A DNA stretch of 64,000 nucleotides from NCBI RefSeq assembly GCF_009914755.1, contig NC_060925.1. One strand, written 5' to 3'. This document shows positions 43,601-58,232 of this stretch, one piece after another. Made by a program: the position numbers and the translations under genes. Numbering within the stretch: the first letter of the stretch is position 1; every line of letters starts with the position of its first letter. This stretch comes from the human T2T-CHM13v2.0 reference genome, Homo sapiens. The notes below the pieces were generated by a model. It made no database searches and was not told where the DNA came from. It saw only the letters and a program-made list of their open reading frames with translations.

Positions 43601-46600
43601 AATGGAATTATCCTCCAATGGAATCGAATGTAATTATCGAATGCAATCGAATGGAATTATCGAATGCAATCGAATAGAATCATCGAATGGACTCGAATGG
43701 AATCATCGAATGGAATGGAATGGAACAGTCAATGAACTCGAATGGAATCATCATTGAATGGAATCGAATGGAATCATCGAGTGGAATCGAATGGAATTAT
43801 GATCAAATGGAATCGAATGTAATCATCATCAAATGGAATCAAAAATAACCATCATCAATTGGTATTGAATGGAATTGTCATCAAATGGAATTCAAAGGAA
43901 TCATCATCAAATGGAACCGAATGGAATCCTCATTGAATGGAAATGAAAGGGGTCATCATCTAATGGAATCGCATGGAATCATCATCAAATGGAATCGAAT
44001 GGAATCATCATCAAATGGAATCTAATGGAATCATTGAACAGAATTGAATGGAATCGTCATCGAATGAATTGAATGCAATCATCGAATGGTCTCGAATGGA
44101 ATCATCTTCTAATGGAAAGGAATGGAATCATCGCATAGAATCGAATGGAATTATCATCGAATGGAATCGAATGGTATCAACACCAAACGGAAAAAAACGG
44201 AATTATCGAATGGAATCGAAGAGAATCTTCGAACGGACCCGAATGGAATCATCTAATGGAATGGAATGGAATAATCCATGGACTCGAATGCAATCATCAT
44301 CGAATGGAATCGAATGGAGTCATCGAATGGACTCGAATGGAATAATCATTGAACGGAATCGAATGGAATCATCATCGGATGGAAACGAATGGAATCATCA
44401 TCGAATGGAAATGAAAGGAGTCATCATCTAATGGAATTGCATGGAATCATCATAAAATGGAATCGAATGGAATCAACATCAAATGGAATCAAATGGAATC
44501 ATTGAACGGAATTGAATGGAATCGTCATCGAATGAATTGACTGCAATCATCGAATGGTCTCGAATGGAATCATCTTCAAATGGAATGGAATGGAATCATC
44601 GCATAGAATCGAATGGAATTATCATCGAATGGAATCGAATGGAATCAACATCAAACGGAAAAAAACAGAATTATCGTATGGAATCTAAGAGAATCATCGA
44701 ATGGACCCGAATGGAATCATCTAATGGAATGGAATGGAATAATCCATGGACTCGAATGCAATCATCATCGAATGGAATCGAATGGAATCATCGAATGGAC
44801 TCGAATGGAATAATCATTGAACGGAATCGAATGGAATCATCATCGGATGGAAATGAATGGAATCATCATCGAATGGAATCGAATAGAATTATGGAATGAA
44901 ATCCAGTGTGATCATCATCGAATGGACCCGAATGGAATCATCATCCAACGGAAGCTAATGGAATCAACATCGAATGAATCGAATGGAAACACCATCGAAT
45001 TGAAACGAATGGAATTATCATGAAATTGAAATGGATGGACTCATCATCGAATGGATTCGAATGGAATCATCGAATAAAATTGATTGAAATCATCATCGAA
45101 TGGAATCGAATGGTATCATTGAATGGAATCGAATGGAATCATCATCAGATGGAAATGAATGGAATCGTCATAGAATGGAATCGAATGGATTCATTGAATG
45201 GAATCAGATGGAATCATCGAATGGACTGGAATGGAATCATTGAATGGACTCGAAAGGGATCATGATTGAATGGAATTGAATGGAATCATCGAATGGTCTC
45301 GATTGGAATCATTATCAAATGGAATCGAATGGAATCACCGAATAGAATCGAATGGAACAATCATCGAATGGACTCAAATGGAATTATCCTCAAATGGAAT
45401 CGAATGGAATTATCGAATGCAATCGAATGGAATTATCGAATGCAATCGAATAGAATCATCGAAAGGACTGGAATGGAATCATCGAATGGAATGGAATGGA
45501 ACAGTCAATGAACTCGAATGGAATCATCATTGAATGGAATCGAATGGAATCATCGAGTGGAATCGAATGGAATTATGATCAAATGGAATCGAATGTAATC
45601 ATCATCAAATGGAATCAAAAATAACCATCATCAATTGGTATTGAATGGAATTGTCATCAAATGGAATTCAAAGGAATCATCATCAAATGGAACCGAATGG
45701 AATCCTCATTGAATGGAAATGAAAGGGGTCATCATCTAATGGAATCGCATGGAATCATCATCAAATGGAATCGAATGGAATCATCATCAAATGGAATCTA
45801 ATGGAATCATTGAACAGAATTGAATGGAATCGTCATCGAATGAATTGAATGCAATCATCGAATGGTCTCGAATGGAATCATCTTCTAATGGAAAGGAATG
45901 GAATCATCGCATAGAATCGAATGGAATTATCATCGAATGGAATCGAATGGTATCAACACCAAACGGAAAAAAACGGAATTATCGAATGGAATCGAAGAGA
46001 ATCTTCGAACGGACGCGAATGGAATCATCTAATGGAATGGAATGGAATAATCCATGGACTCGAATGCAATCATCATCGAATGGAATGGAATGGAATCATC
46101 GAATGGACTCGAATGGAATAATCATTGAACGGAATCGAATGGAATCATCATCGGATGGAAACGAATGGAATCATCATCGAATGGAAATGAAAGGAGTCAT
46201 CATCTAATGGAATTGCATGGAATCATCATAAAATGGAATCGAATGGAATCAACATCAAATGGAATCAAATGGAATCATTGAACGGAATTGAATGGAATCG
46301 TCATCGAATGAATTGACTGCAATCATCGAATGTTCTCGAATGGAATCATCTTCAAATGGAATGGAATGGAATCATCGCATAGAATCGAATGGAATTATCA
46401 TCGAATGGAATCGAATGGAATCAACATCAAACGGAAAAAAACGGAATTATCGTATGGAATCGAAGAGAATCATCGAATGGACCCGAATGGAATCATCTAA
46501 TGGAATGGAATGGAATAATCCATGGACTCGAATGCAATCATCATCGAATGAAATCGAATGGAATCATCGAATGGACTCGAATGGAATAATCATTGAACGG

Positions 46601-49600
46601 AATCGAATGGAATCATCATCGGATGGAAATGAATGGAATCATCATCGAATGGAATCGAATAGAATTATGGAATGAAATCCAGTGTGATCATCATCGAATG
46701 GACCCGAATGGAATCATCATCCAACGGAAGCTAATGGAATCAACATCGAATGAATCGAATGGAAACACCATCGAATTGAAACGAATGGAATTATCATGAA
46801 ATTGAAATGGATGGACTCATCATCGAATGGATTCGAATGGAATCATCGAATAAAATTGATTGAAATCATCATCGAATGGAATCGAATGGTATCATTGAAT
46901 GGAATCGAATGGAATCATCATCAGATGGAAATGAATGGAATCGTCATAGAATGGAATCGAATGGATTCATTGAATGGAATCAGATGGAATCATCGAATGG
47001 ACTGGAATGGAATCATTGAATGGACTCGAAAGGGATCATGATTGAATGGAATTGAATGGAATCATCGAATGGTCTCGATTGGAATCATTATCAAATGGAA
47101 TCGAATGGAATCACCGAATAGAATCGAATGGAACAATCATCGAATGGACTCAAATGGAATTATCCTCAAATGGAATCGAATGGAATTATCGAATGCAATC
47201 GAATGGAATTATCGAATGCAATCGAATAGAATCATCGAATGGACTCGAATGGAATCATCGAATGGAATGGAATGGAACAGTCAATGAACTCGAATGGAAT
47301 CATCATTGAATGGAATCGAATGGAATCATCGAGTGGAATCGAATGGAATTATGATCAAATGGAATCGAATGTAATCATCATCAAATGGAATCAAAAATAA
47401 CCATCATCAATTGGTATTGAATGGAATTGTCATCAAATGGAATTCAAAGGAATCATCATCAAATGGAACCGAATGGAATCCTCATTGAATGGAAATGAAA
47501 GGGGTCATCATCTAATGGAATCGCATGGAATCATCATCAAATGGAATCGAATGGAATCATCATCAAATGGAATCTAATGGAATCATTGAACAGAATTGAA
47601 TGGAATCGTCATCGAATGAATTGAATGCAATCATCGAATGGTCTCGAATGGAATCATCTTCTAATGGAAAGGAATGGAATCATCGCATAGAATCGAATGG
47701 AATTATCATCGAATGGAATCGAATGGTATCAACACCAAACGGAAAAAAACGGAATTATCGAATGGAATCGAAGAGAATCTTCGAACGGACCCGAATGGAA
47801 TCATCTAATGGAATGGAATGGAATAATCCATGGACTCGAATGCAATCATCATCGAATGGAATCGAATGGAATCATCGAATGGACTCGAATGGAATAATCA
47901 TTGAACGGAATCGAATGGAATCATCATTGGATGGAAATGAATGGAATCATCATCGAATGGAAATGAAAGGAGTCATCATCTAATGGAATTGCATGGAATC
48001 ATCATAAAATGGAATCGAATGGAATCAACCTCAAATGGAATCAAATGGAATCATTGAACGGAATTGAATGGAATCGTCATCGAATGAATTGACTGCAATC
48101 ATCGAATGGTCTCGAATGGAATCATCTTCAAATGGAATGGAATGGAATCATCGCATAGAATCGAATGGAATTATCATCGAATGGAATCGAATGGAATCAA
48201 CATCAAACGGAAAAAAACGGAATTATCGAATGGAATCGAAGAGAATCATCGAATGGACCCGAATGGAATCATCTAATGGAATGGAATGGAATAATCCATG
48301 GACTCGAATGCAATCATCATCGAATGGAATCGAATGGAATCATCGAATGGACTCGAATGGAATAATCATTGAACGGAATCGAATGGAATCATCATCGGAT
48401 GGAAATGAATGGAATCATCATCGAATGGAATCGAATAGAATTATGGAATGAAATCCAGTGTGATCATCATCGAATGGACCCGAATGGAATCATCATCCAA
48501 CGGAAGCTAATGGAATCAACATCGAATGAATCGAATGGAAACACCATCGAATTGAAACGAATGGAATTATCATGAAATTGAAATGGATGGACTCATCATC
48601 GAATGGATTCGAATGGAATCATCGAATAAAATTGATTGAAATCATCATCCAATGGAATCGAATGGTATCATTGAATGGAATCGAATGGAATCATCATCAG
48701 ATGGAAATGAATGGAATCGTCATAGAATGGAATCGAATGGATTCATTGAATGGAATCAGATGGAATCATCGAATGGACTGGAATGGAATCATTGAATGGA
48801 CTCGAAAGGGATCATGATTGAATGGAATTGAATGGAATCATCGAATGGTCTCGATTGGAATCATTATCAAATGGAATCGAATGGAATCACCGAATAGAAT
48901 CGAATGGAACAATCATCGAATGGACTCAAATGGAATTATCCTCAAATGGAATCGAATGGAATTATCGAATGCAATCGAATGGAATTATCGAATGCAATCG
49001 AATAGAATCATCGAATGGACTCGAATGGAATCATCGAATGGAATGGAATGGAACAGTCAATGAACTCGAATGGAATCATCATTGAATGGAATCGAATGGA
49101 ATCATCGAGTGGAATCGAATGGAATTATGATCAAATGGAATCGAATGTAATCATCATCAAATGGAATCAAAAATAACCATCATCAATTGGTATTGAATGG
49201 AATTGTCATCAAATGGAATTCAAAGGAATCATCATCAAATGGAACCGAATGGAATCCTCATTGAATGGAAATGAAAGGGGTCATCATCTAATGGAATCGC
49301 ATGGAATCATCATCAAATGGAATCGAATGGAATCATCATCAAATGGAATCTAATGGAATCATTGAACAGAATTGAATGGAATCGTCATCGAATGAATTGA
49401 ATGCAATCATCGAATGGTCTCGAATGGAATCATCTTCTAATGGAAAGGAATGGAATCATCGCATAGAATCGAATGGAATTATCATCGAATGGAATCGAAT
49501 GGTATCAACACCAAACGGAAAAATACGGAATTATCGAATGGAATCGAAGAGAATCTTCGAACGGACCCAAATGGAATCATCTAATGGAATGGAATGGAAT

Positions 49601-52600
49601 AATCCATGGACTCGAATGCAATCATCATCGAATGGAATGGAATGGAATCATCGAATGGACTCGAATGGAATAATAATTGAACGGAATCGAATGGAATCAT
49701 CATCGGATGGAAACGAATGGAATCATCATCGAATGGAAATGAAAGGAGTCATCATCTAATGGAATTGCATGGAATCATCATAAAATGGAATCGAATGGAA
49801 TCAACATCAAATGGAATCAAATGGAATCATTGAACGGAATTGAATGGAATCGTCATCGAATGAATTGACTGCAATCATCGAATGGTCTCGAATGGAATCA
49901 TCTTCAAATGGAATGGAATGGAATCATCGCATAGAATCGAATGGAATTATCATCGAATGGAATCGAATGGAATCAACATCAAACGGAAAAAAACGGAATT
50001 ATCGAATGGAATTGAAGAGAATCATCGAATGGACCCGAATGGAATCATCTAATGGAATGGAATGGAATAATCCATGGACTCGAATGCAATCATCATCGAA
50101 TGGAATCGAATGGAATCATCGAATGGACTCGAATGGAATAATCATTGAACGGAATCGAATGGAATCATCATCGGATGGAAATGAATGGAATCATCATCGA
50201 ATGGAATCGAATATAATTATGGAATGAAATCCAGTGTGATCATCATCGAATGGACCCGAATGGAATCATCATCCAACGGAAGCTAATGGAATCAACATCG
50301 AATGAATCGAATGGAAACACCATCGAATTGAAACGAATGGAATTATCATGAAATTGAAATGGATGGACTCATCATCGAATGGATTCGAATGGAATCATCG
50401 AATAAAATTGATTGAAATCATCATCCAATGGAATCGAATGGTATCATTGAATGGAAACGAATGGAATCATCATCAGATGGAAATGAATGGAATCGTCATA
50501 GAATGGAATCGAATGGATTCATTGAATGGAATCAGATGGAATCATCGAATGGACTGGAATGGAATCATTGAATGGACTCGAAAGGGATCATGATTGAATG
50601 GAATTGAATGGAATCATCGAATGGTCTCGATTGGAATCATTATCAAATGGAATCGAATGGAATCACCGAATACAATCGAATGGAACAATCATCGAATGGA
50701 CTCAAATGGAATTATCCTCCAATGGAATCGAATGGAATTATCGAATGCAATCGAATGGAATTATCGAATGCAATCGAATAGAATCATCGAATGGACTCGA
50801 ATGGAATCATCGAATGGAATGGAATGGAACAGTCAATGAACTCGAATGGAATCATCATTGAATGGAATCGAATGGAATCATCGAGTGGAATCGAATGGAA
50901 TTATGATCAAATGGAATCGAATGTAATCATCATCAAATGGAATCAAAAATAACCATCATCAATTGGTATTGAATGGAATTGTCATCAAATGGAATTCAAA
51001 GGAATCATCATCAAATGGAACCGAATGGAATCCTCATTGAATGGAAATGAAAGGGGTCATCATCTAATGGAATCGCATGGAATCATCATCAAATGGAATC
51101 GAATGGAATCATCATCAAATGGAATCTAATGGAATCATTGAACAGAATTGAATGGAATCGTCATCGAATGAATTGAATGCAATCATCGAATGGTCTCGAA
51201 TGGAATCATCTTCTAATGGAAAGGAATGGAATCATCGCATAGAATCGAATGGAATTATCATCGAATGGAATCAAATGGTATCAACACCAAACGGAAAAAA
51301 ACGGAATTATCGAATGGAATCGAAGAGAATCTTCGAACGGACCCGAATGGAATCATCTAATGGAATGGAATGGAATAATCCATGGACTCGAATGCAATCA
51401 TCATCGAATGGAATGGAATGGAATCATCGAATGGACTCGAATGGAATAATCATTGAACGGAATCGAATGGAATCATCATCGGATGGAAACGAATGGAATC
51501 ATCATCGAATGGAAATGAAAGGAGTCATCATCTAATGGAATTGCATGGAATCATCATAAAATGGAATCGAATGGAATCAACATCAAATGGAATCAAATGG
51601 AATCATTGAACGGAATTGAATGGAATCGTCATCGAATGAATTGACTGCAATCATCGAATGGTCTCGAATGGAATCATCTTCAAATGGAATGGAATGGAAT
51701 CATCGCATAGAATCGAATGGAATTATCATCGAATGGAATCGAATGGAATCAACATCAAATGGAAAAAAACGGAATTATCGAATGGAATCGAAGAGAATCA
51801 TCGAATGGACCCGAATGGAATCATCTAATGGAATGGAATGGAATAATCCATGGACTCGAATGCAATCATCATCGAATGGAATCGAATGGAATCATCGAAT
51901 GGACTCGAATGGAATAATCATTGAACGGAATCGAATGGAATCATCATCGGATGGAAATGAATGGAATCATCATCGAATGGAATCGAATAGAATTATGGAA
52001 TGAAATCCAGTGTGATCATCATCGAATGGACCCGAATGGAATCATCATCCAACGGAAGCTAATGGAATCAACATCGAATGAATCGAATGGAAACACCATC
52101 GAATTGAAACGAATGGAATTATCATGAAATTGAAATGGATGGACTCATCATCGAATGGATTCGAATGGAATCATCGAATAAAATTGATTGAAATCATCAT
52201 CGAATGGAATCGAATGGTATCATTGAATGGAATCGAATGGAATCATCATCAGATGGAAATGAATGGAATCGTCATAGAATGGAATCGAATGGATTCATTG
52301 AATGGAATCAGATGGAATCATCGAATGGACTGGAATGGAATCATTGAATGGACTCGAAAGGGATCATGATTGAATGGAATTGAATGGAATCATCGAATGG
52401 TCTCGATTGGAATCATTATCAAATGGAATCGAATGGAATCACCGAATAGAATCGAATGGAACAATCATCGAATGGACTCAAATGGAATTATCCTCAAATG
52501 GAATCGAATGGAATTATCGAATGCAATCGAATGGAATTATCGAATGCAATCGAATAGAATCATCGAAAGGACTCGAATGGAATCATCGAATGGAATGGAA

Positions 52601-55600
52601 TGGAACAGTCAATGAACTCGAATGGAATCATCATTGAATGGAATCGAATGGAATCATCGAGTGGAATCGAATGGAATTATGATCAAATGGAATCTAATGG
52701 AATCATCATCAAATGGAATCAAAAATAACCATCATCAATTGGTATTGAATGGAATTGTCATCAAATGGAATTCAAAGGAATCATCATCAAATGGAACCGA
52801 ATGGAATCCTCATTGAATGGAAATGAAAGGGGTCATCATCTAATGGAATCGCATGGAATCATCATCAAATGGAATCGAATGGAATCATCATCAAATGGAA
52901 TCTAATGGAATCATTGAACAGAATTGAATGGAATCGTCATCGAATGAATTGAATGCAATCATCGAATGGTCTCGAATGGAATCATCTTCTAATGGAAAGG
53001 AATGGAATCATCGCATAGAATCGAATGGAATTATCATCGAATGGAATCAAATGGTATCAACACCAAACGGAAAAAAACGGAATTATCGAATGGAATCGAA
53101 GAGAATCTTCGAACGGACCCGAATGGAATCATCTAATGGAATGGAATGGAATAATCCATGGACTCGAATGCAATCATCATCGAATGGAATGGAATGGAAT
53201 CATCGAATGGACTCGAATGGAATAATCATTGAACGGAATCGAATGGAATCATCATCGGATGGAAACGAATGGAATCATCATCGAATGGAAATGAAAGGAG
53301 TCATCATCTAATGGAATTGCATGGAATCATCATAAAATGGAATCGAATGGAATCAACATCAAATGGAATCAAATGGAATCATTGAACGGAATTGAATGGA
53401 ATCGTCATCGAATGAATTGACTGCAATCATCGAATGGTCTCGAATGGAATCATCTTCAAATGGAATGGAATGGAATCATCGCATAGAATCGAATGGAATT
53501 ATCATCGAATGGAATCGAATGGAATCAACATCAAACGGAAAAAAACGGAATTATCGAATGGAATCGAAGAGAATCATCGAATGGACCCGAATGGAATCAT
53601 CTAATGGAATGGAATGGAATAATCCATGGACTCGAATGCAATCATCATCGAATGGAATCGAATGGAATCATCGAATGGACTCGAATGGAATAATCATTGA
53701 ACGGAATCGAATGGAATCATCATCGGATGGAAATGAATGGAATCATCATCGAATGGAATCGAATAGAATTATGGAATGAAATCCAGTGTGATCATCATCG
53801 AATGGACCCGAATGGAATCATCATCCAACGGAAGCTAATGGAATCAACATCGAATGAATCGAATGGAAACACCATCGAATTGAAACGAATGGAATTATCA
53901 TGAAATTGAAATGGATGGACTCATCATCGAATGGATTCGAATGGAATCATCGAATAAAATTGATTGAAATCATTATCCAATGGAATCGAATGGTATCATT
54001 GAATGGAATCGAATGGAATCATCATCAGATGGAAATGAATGGAATCGTCATAGAATGGAATCGAATGGATTCATTGAATGGAATCAGATGGAATCATCGA
54101 ATGGACTGGAATGGAATCATTGAATGGACTCGAAAGGGATCATGATTGAATGGAATTGAATGGAATCATCGAATGGTCTCGATTGGAATCATTATCAAAT
54201 GGAATCGAATGGAATCACCAAATAGAATCGAATGGAACAATCATCGAATGGACTCAAATGGAATTATCCTCAAATGGAATCGAATGGAATTATCGAATGC
54301 AATCGAATGGAATTATCGAATGCAATCGAATAGAATCATCGAAAGGACTCGAATGGAATCATCGAATGGAATGGAATGGAACAGTCAATGAACTCGAATG
54401 GAATCATCATTGAATGGAATCGAATGGAATCATCGAGTGGAATCGAATGGAATTATGATCAAATGGAATCGAATGTAATCATCATCAAATGGAATCAAAA
54501 ATAACCATCATCAATTGGTATTGAATGGAATTGTCATCAAATGGAATTCAAAGGAATCATCATCAAATGGAACCGAATGGAATCCTCATTGAATGGAAAT
54601 GAAAGGGGTCATCATCTAATGGAATCGCATGGAATCATCATCAAATGGAATCGAATGGAATCATCATCAAATGGAATCTAATGGAATCATTGAACAGAAT
54701 TGAATGGAATCGTCATCGAATGAATTGAATGCAATCATCGAATGGTCTCGAATGGAATCATCTTCTAATGGAAAGGAATGGAATCATCGCATAGAATCGA
54801 ATGGAATTATCATCGAATGGAATCGAATGGTATCAACACCAAACGGAAAAAAACGGAATTATCGAATGGAATCGAAGAGAATCTTCGAACGGACCCGAAT
54901 GGAATCATCTAATGGAATGGAATGGAATAATCCATGGACTCGAATGCAATCATCATCGAATGGAATGGAATGGAATCATCGAATGGACTCGAATGGAATA
55001 ATCATTGAACGGAATCGAATGGAATCATCATCGGATGGAAACGAATGGAATCATCATCGAATGGAAATGAAAGGAGTCATCATCTAATGGAATTGCATGG
55101 AATCATCATAAAATGGAATCGAATGGAATCAACATCAAATGGAATCAAATGGAATCATTGAACGGAATTGAATGGAATCGTCATCGAATGAATTGACTGC
55201 AATCATCGAATGGTCTCGAATGGAATCATCTTCAAATGGAATGGAATGGAATCATCGCATAGAATCGAATGGAATTATCATCGAATGGAATCGAATGGAA
55301 TCAACATCAAACGGAAAAAAACAGAATTATCGTATGGAATCGAAGAGAATCATCGAATGGACCCGAATGGAATCATCTAATGGAATGGAATGGAATAATC
55401 CATGGACTCGAATGCAATCATCATCGAATGGAATCGAATGGAATCATCGAATGGACTCGAATGGAATAATCATTGAACGGAATCGAATGGAATCATCATC
55501 GGATGGAAATGAATGGAATCATCATCGAATGGAATCGAATAGAATTATGGAATGAAATCCAGTGTGATCATCATCGAATGGACCCGAATGGAATCATGAT

Positions 55601-56479
55601 CCAACGGAAGCTAATGGAATCAACATCGAATGAATCGAATGGAAACACCATCGAATTGAAACGAATGGAATTATCATGAAATTGAAATGGATGGACTCAT
55701 CATCGAATGGATTCGAATGGAATCATCGAATAAAATTGATTGAAATCATCATCGAATGAAATCGAATGGTATCATTGAATGGAATCGAATGGAATCATCA
55801 TCAGATGGAAATGAATGGAATCGTCATAGAATGGAATCGAATGGATTCATTGAATGGAATCAGATGGAATCATCGAATGGACTGGAATGGAATCATTGAA
55901 TGGACTCGAAAGGGATCATTATTGAATGGAATTGAATGGAATCATCGAATGGTCTCGATTGGAATCATTATCAAATGGAATCGAATGGAATCACCGAATA
56001 GAATCGAATGGAACAATCATCGAATGGACTCAAATGGAATTATCCTCAAATGGAATCGAATGGAATTATCGAATGCAATCGAATGGAATTATCGAATGCA
56101 ATCGAATAGAATCATCGAATGGACTCGAATGGAATCATCGAATGGAATGGAATGGAACAGTCAATGAACTCGAATGGAATCATCATTGAATGGAATCGAA
56201 TGGAATCATCGAGTGGAATCGAATGGAATTATGATCAAATGGAATCGAATGTAATCATCATCAAATGGAATCAAAAATAACCATCATCAATTGGTATTGA
56301 ATGGAATTGTCATCAAATGGAATTCAAAGGAATCATCATCAAATGGAACCGAATGGAATCCTCATTGAATGGAAATGAAAGGGGTCATCATCTAATGGAA
56401 TCGCATGGAATCATCATCAAATGGAATCGAATGGAATCATCATCAAATGGAATCTAATGGAATCATTGAACAGAATTGA
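31616..56479. repeat. Run of 14 consecutive units of exactly 1,776 bp
   Basis: 56480-31616 = 24,864 = 14 x 1,776, and every intermediate anchor is in register. Confidence 0.93.
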
Positions 56480-58232
56480 ATGGAATCGTCATCGAATGAA
56501 TTGAATGCAATCATCGAATGGTCTCGAATGGAATCATCTTCTAATGGAAAGCAATGGAATCATCGCATAGAATCGAATGGAATTATCATCGAATGGAATC
56601 GAATGGTATCAACACCAAACGGAAAAAAACGGAATTATCGAATGGAATCGAAGAGAATCTTCGAACGGACCCGAATGGAATCATCTAATGGAATGGAATG
56701 GAATAATCCATGGACTCGAATGCAATCATCATCGAATGGAATGGAATGGAATCATCGAATGGACTCGAATGGAATAATCATTGAACGGAATCGAATGGAA
56801 TCATCATCGGATGGAAACGAATGGAATCATCATCGAATGGAAATGAAAGGAGTCATCATCTAATGGAATTGCATGGAATCATCATAAAATGGAATCGAAT
56901 GGAATCAACATCAAATGGAATCAAATGGAATCATTGAACGGAATTGAATGGAATCGTCATCGAATGAATTGACTGCAATCATCGAATGGTCTCGAATGGA
57001 ATCATCTTCAAATGGAATGGAATGGAATCATCGCATAGAATCGAATGGAATTATCATCGAATGGAATCGAATGGAATCAACATCAAACGGAAAAAAACGG
57101 AATTATCGAATGGAATCGAAGAGAATCATCGAATGGACCCGAATGGAATCATCTAATGGAATGGAATGGAATAATCCATGGACTCGAATGCAATCATCAT
57201 CGAATGGAATCGAATGGAATCATCGAATGGACTCGAATGGAATAATCATTGAACGGAATCGAATGGAATCATCATCGGATGGAAATGAATGGAATCATCA
57301 TCGAATGGAATCGAATAGAATTATGGAATGAAATCCAGTGTGATCATCATCGAATGGACCCGAATGGAATCATCATCCAACGGAAGCTAATGGAATCAAC
57401 ATCGAATGAATCGAATGGAAACACCATCGAATTGAAACGAATGGAATTATCATGAAATTGAAATGGATGGACACATCATCGAATGGATTCGAATGGAATC
57501 ATCGAATAAAATTGATTGAAATCATCATCAAATGGAATCGAATGGTATCATTGAATGGAATCGAATGGAATCATCATCAGATGGAAATGAATGGAATCGT
57601 CATAGAATGGAATCGAATGGATTCATTGAATGGAATCAGATGGAATCATCGAATGGACTGGAATGAAATCATTGAATGGACTCGAAAGGGATCATTATTG
57701 AATGGAATTGAATGGAATCATCGAATGGTCTCGATTGGAATCATTATCAAATGGAATCGAATGGAACAATCATTGAATGGACTCAAATGAAATTATCCTC
57801 AAATGGAATCGAATGGAATTATCGAATGCAATCGAATGGAATTATCAAATGCAATCGAATAGAATCATCGAATGGACTCGAATGGAATCATCGAATGGAA
57901 TGGAATGGAACAGTCAATGAACTCGAATGGAATCATCATTGAATGGAATCGAATGGAATCATCGAGTGGAATCGAATGGAATTATGATCAAATGGAATCG
58001 AATGTAATCATCATCAAATGGAATCAAAAATAACCATCATCAATTGGTATTGAATGGAATTGTCATCAAATGGAATTCAAAGGAATCATCATCAAATGGA
58101 ACCGAATGGAATCCTCATTGAATGGAAATGAAAGGGGTCATCATCTAATGGAATCGCATGGAATCATCATCAAATGGAATCGAATGGAATCATCATCAAA
58201 TGGAATCTAATGGAATCATTGAACAGAATTGA
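56480..58232. repeat. 1,753-bp unit (23-bp deletion near 57766)
   Basis: tcaccgaatagaatcgaatggaa is missing between atggaatcgaatggaa and caatc. The spacing is 1,753. Confidence 0.9.
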
